Assembly: GCA_963640995.1 (NCBI GenBank)
Contig: CAVICI010000003.1
Coordinates: forward strand, 6,754-70,753
Reading direction: 5' to 3'
DNA: 64,000 nucleotides
Source: Dialister hominis
GTDB lineage: Archaea; Thermoplasmatota; Thermoplasmata; Methanomassiliicoccales; Methanomethylophilaceae
The stretch's first letter is position 1. Each line of letters begins with the position of its first letter. Positions 56,753 to 64,000 of this stretch are shown here, one piece after another. Both the position numbers and the translations under genes were made by a program. Below the pieces are notes generated by a model. It did not search any database. It worked only from the letters and a program-made list of their open reading frames with translations, and was not told the DNA's origin.

Positions 56753-57940
56753 TCAGGCCATGCGGTAGAACACGAACCCGGACCAGATCTTCGGGAAGAA
56801 GAACGTCGTCTTCTTCGGCATGCGCTTCCCGATCATCGACAGGTCCCAGATCTTCTGGAGGCTGGGCGCGTTCAGGATTATCGCCAGGTCGTATTCCTTG
56901 GCGTCCATCTTCGCCAGCGCGGACTCGGTCTCTGCGTCGTATGCGATGTCCGCCTTCCCCTCGTCCGACTTGTAGACGCCCTTGAGGATCTTCTCCTGAG
57001 CGACATAGGTGTCCAAAGTCCACATCGGGTCGTCCTTCCCGTCATAGTCTGCGAGGTAGCAGGCGCCGGTCTTGAACACGAGCCCCATCATGTGCTCTCC
57101 CAGGCGTGCGAGCATGTCCTCGCGGGACGCCTCGGTCAGGCTCAGGGACTTCGATATTCCCTTGACGGCGTTCTTCTCGGATATGTCGCCCGCTTTCACC
57201 AGCCTGTGGGTGGGCCATATCACAAGGCCCTCGTCGTCTGCAGGGACCAGGGTGGCCAGGACGTACTGCTTCTTCTCGTCTTCCGGGTTCTCCAGGGCGT
57301 AGTTCAGCGCGGTCTCGTACCTGTGGTGGCCGTCTGCGATGAGCATCTTCTGGCCCGACAGCTCTTCCGTTATCCTGGACGTTATCGCGGGGTCGGAGAG
57401 CCTGTAGTACCTGTGCTCCACGCCGTCCGGGTCGACGTACCTGTAGACGAGGGACTCGCTGTTCCTGACGTCGCGGTCGAGCTCGGGGGACAGGCCGGGG
57501 ACGATCCCGAAGATGGACTCAAGGTGGGCCTCCATGTCCCTCAGCAGGTTCAGGCGGTCCGCCTTGACCTTGGAGAACGTCTCCTCGTGGGGGATGATGT
57601 TGCCCTGGTCGTACTTCTCGGTCTTCAGGATCCCGACGATGCCCCTGCGGACACGGGAGGTCCCCTCGTCGTCGAAGGTCTGCTCGTAGATGTAGAACGA
57701 ATCGGGGTCCTGCTTCAGGCTGCCGTCGGCGATCCAGGAATCGAGTTCGGCACGGGCTCCATGGTACCTCTTGTCCGCATCGGGGCGGAGCGTGAGCCTC
57801 GTCACGTTATGCTCCTTGGACTGGAGCTCCTTCAGAGCTTCTGGCCCTATGACGTCATAGGGCGGGGAGATGCGGTCTCCGACGTGTTCTCCTGCCCTGA
57901 TGCTGGGCCGGTATCCTGGGAAAGGCTGGAAAGTTACCAT
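56753..57940 (-). CDS. DUF1015-family protein
   Basis: SPPYDVI, PHEET, IADGHHRYETA and MPKKTTFFFPK motifs. Confidence 0.88.
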   Translation of the reverse strand: MVTFQPFPGYRPSIRAGEHVGDRISPPYDVIGPEALKELQSKEHNVTRLTLRPDADKRYHGARAELDSWIADGSLKQDPDSFYIYEQTFDDEGTSRVRRGIVGILKTEKYDQGNIIPHEETFSKVKADRLNLLRDMEAHLESIFGIVPGLSPELDRDVRNSESLVYRYVDPDGVEHRYYRLSDPAITSRITEELSGQKMLIADGHHRYETALNYALENPEDEKKQYVLATLVPADDEGLVIWPTHRLVKAGDISEKNAVKGISKSLSLTEASREDMLARLGEHMMGLVFKTGACYLADYDGKDDPMWTLDTYVAQEKILKGVYKSDEGKADIAYDAETESALAKMDAKEYDLAIILNAPSLQKIWDLSMIGKRMPKKTTFFFPKIWSGFVFYRMA

Positions 57941-58045
57941 GTCCGACTGACCTCTGGCTATCCGATGTAATGCCGATATATGAACGCGCGCGTTAGGACG
58001 AAGGGTGTTTAAGCGCAGGCTGATGGGATAGAGCGCAGATGCTAT

Positions 58046-58134
58046 ATCATCCCAAACGTGCGATAAACGACCTTTCACATCATCCCAAACGTGCGATAAA
58101 CGACCTTTCACATCATCCCAAACGTGCGATAAAC
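58046..58134 (+). repeat. 33-bp tandem repeat ATCATCCCAAACGTGCGATAAACGACCTTTCAC x2.7
   Basis: Units at 58046, 58079 and 58112. Confidence 0.95.
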
Positions 58135-58185
58135 ATACATCTGGCTTCGATTGGATTTAATACGTCTTTTGTTATTATGAAAATC

Positions 58186-59520
58186 ATGTTCAGACGCAAG
58201 GTCCGTGACGAACTCAAGGAGTGGAAGGACAAGTGGTCCAGAAGATATGCTGTCCTCGTCGAAGGCCCTCGTCGCGTGGGGAAGACCACTCTGGTGAAAG
58301 AGTTTGTCGCGTCAGAGTATAAGACGTCTATATTCATCGATTTCTCGGAGAACAATCCTAAGTTGATTTCCATGTTTGAGGTCAGCAGTTCCTTGGACGC
58401 GTTCTTTAAAACCTTGCAGGACTGGACTGGTGTCGCATTGTATGAGCATGAGAGCGCAATAGTGTTCGACGAGGTGCAGCTTTATCCGAAAGCCAGGCAG
58501 ATGATCAAGCATCTGGTCAAAGATGGCAGGTACGACTACATAGAAACCGGCTCCCTTATTTCCATAAGGCAGAATGTCAAAGACATACTGATTCCCTCTG
58601 AAGAAATGTCCATCCAGATGCGCCCTATGGATTTCGAGGAGTTCATGTGGGCTGTAGGGGCTCCGTTCCCGATGGATTATCTGAAGGAATGCTTCCGTAA
58701 TGGAACTCCTGTGGCCCGTGTCATCCACGAGGAGATTATGCGCAGTTTTGTCACGTATATGATTGTCGGAGGGATGCCTCAGAGCGTGGATGAGTACATC
58801 AGGTCGGGTAGCTTTTCTCAGGTCGATATGGTCAAAAGGGAAATACTCAAGATTTACGCGTCAGATCTTTCTAAAGTGCGTGAGCCGACCGGGAGCAAGG
58901 CTCGTGCGATATTCAAGAAGATACCTGCCATGCTGTCTAGTCACGAGAAGACCTTTTCGCCGTCGGAGTTTAAAGCGGATTCGAAAAGTAGAGATTATTT
59001 GAACGCGATAGACTGGCTGTCTGAGTCCAAGATTGTGAATATATGTTATCGTTGCACCGATCCCGATCCGGCTCTGGATCTGTATCTGGATGCCAATTCA
59101 TTCAAAATCTACATGGCTGACACAGGTCTGCTGATGGCGGCAGCGTTCATGTCCAATGCAGTCAAGGAAGAAGCATATGACATGGTGCTGAATAACAAGC
59201 TCTCTAGCAACCGCGGGATGATGTTCGAGAACGTCGTAGCCCAGGAGCTGGCAGCTCACGGACATGCGCTGGCCTTCAGCAAGCGCAGGTCGGAGTCCAA
59301 CACATACGGGTTGGAGGTAGATTTCATATTGGCCGACGGGAAGCATCTGATCCCGGTCGAAGTGAAGTCGGGCGAGAAGTCTTCCAGCCACAAGTCCTTG
59401 GACGTCTTCATGGAGACATACGGCCGCAAGATCGAGAGGGCCTACGTCGTGCATTCCAAGAACCTGAGGGTTGACGGCAAGGTCGTCTACATCCCGATAT
59501 ACATGACGATGTTCATCTGA
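58186..59520 (+). CDS. AAA_14/DUF4143-type ATPase (subfamily A)
   Basis: GPRRVGKTT, FDEVQ, ETGS, GGMP, EVDF...PVEVK; alternative start 58177. Confidence 0.85.
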   Translation: MFRRKVRDELKEWKDKWSRRYAVLVEGPRRVGKTTLVKEFVASEYKTSIFIDFSENNPKLISMFEVSSSLDAFFKTLQDWTGVALYEHESAIVFDEVQLYPKARQMIKHLVKDGRYDYIETGSLISIRQNVKDILIPSEEMSIQMRPMDFEEFMWAVGAPFPMDYLKECFRNGTPVARVIHEEIMRSFVTYMIVGGMPQSVDEYIRSGSFSQVDMVKREILKIYASDLSKVREPTGSKARAIFKKIPAMLSSHEKTFSPSEFKADSKSRDYLNAIDWLSESKIVNICYRCTDPDPALDLYLDANSFKIYMADTGLLMAAAFMSNAVKEEAYDMVLNNKLSSNRGMMFENVVAQELAAHGHALAFSKRRSESNTYGLEVDFILADGKHLIPVEVKSGEKSSSHKSLDVFMETYGRKIERAYVVHSKNLRVDGKVVYIPIYMTMFI

Positions 59521-59867
59521 GGCCTCGGCAGGTTCTTCAGCAACGGGTGTGAAAGGCATTGCAGGAGAAGCGGTTCCATCGGGACCGGACGCATGAGGTG
59601 CATCGGCTCATGACTTTTGTCGATGACGATTGTGCACCAAGAGGTCATAATCGCCAAACGGAGGTCGCGGACACGGTGATCGGAGGATCGTTACAATCAT
59701 TCTCGTCTCATGCCGGGACGGTATCCGATCGGCCGCGAATGGGAATCATGGCTGGCACAGGGATCTCCGCATTGCGGCAAGGTCCCAACAGCCGTCCCAT
59801 TTCTAACAACAATGGTGGTTAGAGGCTCCCGGCTGTCCGCAGGGAGCCATAAGAACTCCAGATGGAA

Positions 59868-60368
59868 TCACTTCTTGGGGCTGTACAGCCCGACGACGGT
59901 GCTATGCGCTAGGACATGCCCCATCATGGCGAAGTGGAGCTCGTTCAGGAGGAACCCTCTCTTCAGGCCGAGCTCGGTGTCGAGCGCATATACGGTGAGG
60001 GTGTATCTGTGCTCCTTGTCCGGCGGGGCGGGACCGCCGTAGCCTGTGGCCTCCTCCACCGTGTTCGGGGAAGCTATGCTGTGCCAGCTGTTGCACCCCT
60101 CGGTGAAGTCCTTGGACTTATGGGACTCCCCCTCCCTCAGCTCGGTGCGCTTCAGGTCGCAGAGCGTCCAGTGGACCCAGTTGAACCCGCTGACCGCCAC
60201 CGCGTCGTAGTCATCCATGATGACGGCGAAGCTCTTCGTGCCCTCGGGGGCGTCCTCTATCCTCAGCGGGACGGACAGTCCCGGCATGCCGTTGACGGTC
60301 ACGTCGCCTTTGGCTCCGAACCTGTCTTCGATCCATCCGTCCTTTATCGCGTTGCATATGACCTTCAT
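59868..60368 (-). CDS. YbhB/YbcL (PEBP) family protein
   Basis: DDYDA, WVHW, YGGPAPP and HRY...YALD motifs. Confidence 0.9.
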   Translation of the reverse strand: MKVICNAIKDGWIEDRFGAKGDVTVNGMPGLSVPLRIEDAPEGTKSFAVIMDDYDAVAVSGFNWVHWTLCDLKRTELREGESHKSKDFTEGCNSWHSIASPNTVEEATGYGGPAPPDKEHRYTLTVYALDTELGLKRGFLLNELHFAMMGHVLAHSTVVGLYSPKK

Positions 60369-60378
60369 TTTAATCGCC

Positions 60379-61425
60379 TCAGCAGATCCTCGGGACGGGG
60401 TCTCCCGCGGGGGCCTCCAGGATCCTCCTGCCTCCGACCTCTGTCCTCATGACCACTCTCTCGGGCCCGCTCACCGCATGGCCTATGATTGCGGCATCCT
60501 TCCCTTCAGGTGTCCTCCTGATGGCCTTGAGGACCTCCTCCGCCATCTCGGGGACCACTCCGATGACAGCTTTCCCCTCGTTCCCTATGCTCAGGGCATC
60601 GATTCCAAGCAGGTCGCAGGCGTTGACCACGCCGTCCCTCAAGGGGATGGCGCTGTAGTCGATCTCCATCCCGACATGGGATTTGGAGCACCATTCGTTG
60701 AGCGTGTTGGCCAGGCCTCCGCGGGTGGGGTCCTTCATGGCCACGATCCCTCCGGCCTTCAGGCCCTCGGCGATCATCTTGTTGAGAGGCACCACATCGC
60801 TCTGGACCTCGCTCTCGAACCCGTATCCCTCGCGGAACGAGAGGAGCGCGATCCCGTGGTCGCCCATGTATCCCGAGACTATGATGGCGTCCCCCGGCCT
60901 CACGCTGGAGTCCGTGCACCATCTGTTCTCCACCTTCCTGTACTCGGATGCTTTGGCGAGGTCCGAGTCGAGGTAGGGGGACCTCTTGCCGATGGCGGAT
61001 GTGGCCATGACCATCTGGTCCACCGCTCCGGCCTCGACGACCTTGGTGTCGCCGGTGGCGATTGGGACCCCGCATCCCGCGGCGGTCTTCCCCATGGAGT
61101 CCATGACCTTGTCCACGGTGTCTATGTCCAGGCCCTCCTCCATGATGACGGAGCAGGCCAGGGCGATCGGCGATGCGCCCATGACAGAGATGTCGTTGAC
61201 CGTCCCCGCCACAGAGATCTTCCCGATGTCCCCTCCGGGGAAGAAGAGCGGCTTGACGGTGTGGCCGTCGATGGTGAACACCACATCGTCCACGACTGCG
61301 GAATCGTCCATGGAATCGAGCGGGACGTCCGCGTTCATCTTCGGGAAATGATTGGTGATATGCTTGGACAGGAACTCCTGCATGAGCTCTCCGCCTGCCC
61401 CGTGGTTCAGGACTACCTTCGACAT
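60379..61425 (-). CDS. hypE: Hydrogenase maturation protein HypE
   Basis: HGAGG, GTVND, GDTKVV and DPTRGG motifs; C-terminal PRIC. Confidence 0.95.
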   Translation of the reverse strand: MSKVVLNHGAGGELMQEFLSKHITNHFPKMNADVPLDSMDDSAVVDDVVFTIDGHTVKPLFFPGGDIGKISVAGTVNDISVMGASPIALACSVIMEEGLDIDTVDKVMDSMGKTAAGCGVPIATGDTKVVEAGAVDQMVMATSAIGKRSPYLDSDLAKASEYRKVENRWCTDSSVRPGDAIIVSGYMGDHGIALLSFREGYGFESEVQSDVVPLNKMIAEGLKAGGIVAMKDPTRGGLANTLNEWCSKSHVGMEIDYSAIPLRDGVVNACDLLGIDALSIGNEGKAVIGVVPEMAEEVLKAIRRTPEGKDAAIIGHAVSGPERVVMRTEVGGRRILEAPAGDPVPRIC

Positions 61426-61513
61426 GCGGGGTGAATCATGGAACGGGGATATCATTGTTGGGTCTGGCGCATTGTTCGACGGTGCGGGGGCGGGAATCGA
61501 GGGGCAGCCGTAT

Positions 61514-61581
61514 CCCTCAACTCACCCAATGAAAATACCCTCAACTCACCCAATGAAAATACCCTCAACTCACCCAATGAA
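61514..61581 (+). repeat. 24-bp tandem repeat CCCTCAACTCACCCAATGAAAATA x2.8
   Basis: Units at 61514, 61538 and 61562; abuts ATATAAAT box. Confidence 0.95.
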
Positions 61582-61609
61582 TATAAATGAAGACGTATTT
61601 TTTCTACTC

Positions 61610-62872
61610 ATGGCGCAATATCGCCCACGTATGGTTGATGACGAAATCGAACGTAAGATGAAGGTTTTCGGTGCCGTTGTTATCGTAGGGCCAAAGTGGT
61701 GTGGAAAGACAACTTCCGCGAGGCGTCTATCCAAGAGTGCTCTGTTCATGCAGGATCCTGATAAGGAGTCATTGTACAAGGAAACCGTGAAGGAGAAGCC
61801 TTCTGTGCTCCTCAGAGGGAACAAGCCAAGGTTGATTGATGAGTGGCAAGAGGCGCCAAGACTTTGGGATGCAGTCAGGTTCGCTGTCGATCAGGGTGCA
61901 GGTCCAGGGGCATTCTTGCTCACCGGTTCGGTTACACCATCGAAAGATTCTGTGATGCATACTGGAACTGGGAGAATCGTTAAGGTCGTCATGAGGACCA
62001 TGAGTCTCTTCGAATCCGGAGATTCGACGGGTGAGGTCTCGTTGCTCGATCTGTTTAACGGCAGTTCGGACATCTCCGGAGAGTCACGTCTGGACTACGC
62101 ATCCATGGCGGAAGTCCTTGTACGTGGGGGGTGGCCCGCATCGATTGGAAAGACACGGGAAGGGGCCAAAGATCTAATCAAAGGCTATTGTGAATCGGTT
62201 CTTGATTCAGAAATAAATCTGCCCGAAGGCCGTCGGCGTGATAGGGAGCGGATGAGGTGCATTCTCAGATCGCTTTCAAGGCATACTGCAACCGGCGTTT
62301 CCAACACTACGGTAATGGCTGACATCAATGCATCTGCGAATGAGTCGACGATAAACACTGTATCAGATTATATCTCCGCCTTGAAGAGCATATATGTCGT
62401 TGAAGATTTGAATGCGTGGAATCCAAAATTGCGCTCCAAGACGGCGATAAGGACCTCTGATGTCAGGCATATGTCTGACCCTGCTATTGCGACCTATTTC
62501 TTGGATGCGGGTCCAGAGGATCTGGAAGCGGATCCGAACACATATGGCCTTCTATTCGAGTCTTTGGTCATCAGAGACCTTAGAATCTACTCACAGAAAA
62601 TCGGGGGCACAGTCCATCATTATCGGGACGCTGACGGGCTGGAGGCGGATGCCATAGTCCATCTCGATAATGGTCGCTGGGCGGCCTTCGAGGTGAAGCT
62701 GGGCGCCCATGCGGCTGACGAGGGCGCCAAGAGCCTCAAGAAGCTCGCAGGGAAGGTGGACGGGGACATCACGAAGCTCCCTGCGTTCCTGGCGGTCATA
62801 ACGGCTTCGGGGTATGCGTACACCCGCGAGGACGGCGTCCACGTCATCCCGCTCGGATGCCTGAAGGACTGA
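61610..62872 (+). CDS. AAA_14/DUF4143-type ATPase (subfamily B)
   Basis: GPKWCGKTT, IDEWQ, GGWP, FESLVIRDL, EADA...WAAFEVKLG. Confidence 0.85.
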   Translation: MAQYRPRMVDDEIERKMKVFGAVVIVGPKWCGKTTSARRLSKSALFMQDPDKESLYKETVKEKPSVLLRGNKPRLIDEWQEAPRLWDAVRFAVDQGAGPGAFLLTGSVTPSKDSVMHTGTGRIVKVVMRTMSLFESGDSTGEVSLLDLFNGSSDISGESRLDYASMAEVLVRGGWPASIGKTREGAKDLIKGYCESVLDSEINLPEGRRRDRERMRCILRSLSRHTATGVSNTTVMADINASANESTINTVSDYISALKSIYVVEDLNAWNPKLRSKTAIRTSDVRHMSDPAIATYFLDAGPEDLEADPNTYGLLFESLVIRDLRIYSQKIGGTVHHYRDADGLEADAIVHLDNGRWAAFEVKLGAHAADEGAKSLKKLAGKVDGDITKLPAFLAVITASGYAYTREDGVHVIPLGCLKD

Positions 62873-62929
62873 CGGGCCTGTGTAAATCTTAATATCCGTG
62901 AGGGCATGGGCAGGTCAGAGGAATACGCG

Positions 62930-64000
62930 ATGGTATCCAAGAGGCTTCAGGAGATCCCGGCATCGGGCACGATAGCAATTTCGAATCTGGTCAGCCAGAT
63001 GAAAGCGGACGGTGTCGACATCGTCTCGTTCTCCATGGGGGAGCCCGACTTCACGACGCCTCGGAACATCATCGACGCATGCTGCGACTCTCTGGAAAGG
63101 GGGTTCACCCATTACACGCCGTCCCTCGGCATACCCGCTCTCAGGAAGGCCGTCGCAGACGTGACCCGTAAGACCGACAACGTCCCGTGCCAGGCGTCCA
63201 ACGTCCTCATCACGCCCACCAAGCAAGCCATCTTCATGATCGCGCTGGCCTACATCGATCCCGGAGACGAGGTCATCCTCCCGGACCCCTCGTGGGTGTC
63301 CTACGAGGCCTGCATCCGCCTCGCCGGAGGAGTGCCCGTCTACATCCCGACGAAGTACGAGGAGGAGTTCGTGGTGGATCCGGCGCTCATCGAGGCAGCC
63401 ATCACGCCCAAGACGAGGATGATCATCCTCAACACCCCGTCCAACCCGACGGGAGGGGTCATCCCCGGAGAGGTGCTGAAGCAGATTGCCGACATCGCGC
63501 TGGCTCATGACATCCTGGTGCTGTCCGACGAGATCTACGAGAGCATCATCTACGAGGGGAAGCACACATCCATCGCATCCTTCCCCGGGATGTTCGACAA
63601 CACGATCCTCGTGTCCGGCCTCTCCAAGACCTATGCCATGACCGGCTGGAGGATCGGGTGGGCCATCGCCCCCGAGCAGATGATCAAGGACATCAACAAG
63701 CTGCAGTCCCACTCCATCTCCTGCTGCGTCTCGTTCGTGCAGGAGGCCGCCGTGGAGGCCCTGACCGGGCCCCAGGACTCCAAGCTCGCGATGGTCCGCG
63801 AGTTCAAGAAGCGCCGCGATCTGGCACTGGACCTCATCGACGAGATCCCGGGCCTGGAGTGCAACGTCCCCAAGGGAGCCTTCTACGTGTTCCCGAAGTA
63901 CGACGCGGACATGCCTTCCGCCAAGCTCGCCGAGACCCTTCTGAAGGAGGGCCATGTCGCGGTCACTCCGGGAACGGCCTTCGGCCCCGGAGGCGAGGGA
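62930..64000 (+). CDS. Class I PLP-dependent (aspartate-type) aminotransferase, runs off the window end
   Basis: MVSKRLQEIPASGT, GEPDF, NTPSNPTG, SDEIYE and SKTYAMTGWRIG motifs. Confidence 0.9.
   Translation, partial: MVSKRLQEIPASGTIAISNLVSQMKADGVDIVSFSMGEPDFTTPRNIIDACCDSLERGFTHYTPSLGIPALRKAVADVTRKTDNVPCQASNVLITPTKQAIFMIALAYIDPGDEVILPDPSWVSYEACIRLAGGVPVYIPTKYEEEFVVDPALIEAAITPKTRMIILNTPSNPTGGVIPGEVLKQIADIALAHDILVLSDEIYESIIYEGKHTSIASFPGMFDNTILVSGLSKTYAMTGWRIGWAIAPEQMIKDINKLQSHSISCCVSFVQEAAVEALTGPQDSKLAMVREFKKRRDLALDLIDEIPGLECNVPKGAFYVFPKYDADMPSAKLAETLLKEGHVAVTPGTAFGPGGEG

Noticed and set aside
59521..59867. Possible gene or remnant in the 350-bp gap
   Set aside because: No recognisable motif, codon bias or structure in the frames I examined.

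Overview
Core-genome window of an archaeon, most likely Methanomassiliicoccales (Methanomethylophilaceae-like). This assignment is an inference from the fused RpoB, N-terminally extended RpoA'', gatDE, hyp genes, pantoate kinase and the absence of TAG stop codons. Housekeeping content: CoA and nucleotide synthesis (tmk, coaBC, pantoate kinase, prs, pyrF, purD, thyX), the rpoH-B-A'-A''-rpl30e-nusA operon, proS, gatDE, tRNA modification genes, 3 tRNAs, hypB/hypE and transporters. Two non-routine signals stand out. (1) Seven copies (5 full-length, 2 remnants) of an AAA_14/DUF4143-type ATPase with a PD-(D/E)XK-like tail. Every copy that retains its 5' end has a short tandem-repeat array (23-33 bp period) just upstream, the two closest paralogs share the same repeat core and period, and three copies lie beside toxin-antitoxin genes. 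(2) A ~1 kb non-coding, A-rich, + strand unit (~39085-40111) with its own TATA box and terminator, GNRA-capped hairpins, G-U-containing long-range helices and an amplified hairpin domain; this is a candidate undescribed large structured ncRNA. Also noted: an in-frame amber codon (possible pyrrolysine), a 1885-aa AglB-like protein with degenerate catalytic motifs, a convergent Doc/small-ORF pair and a compositionally mosaic MMPL gene. Family names come from motif recognition by eye; no database searches were run.
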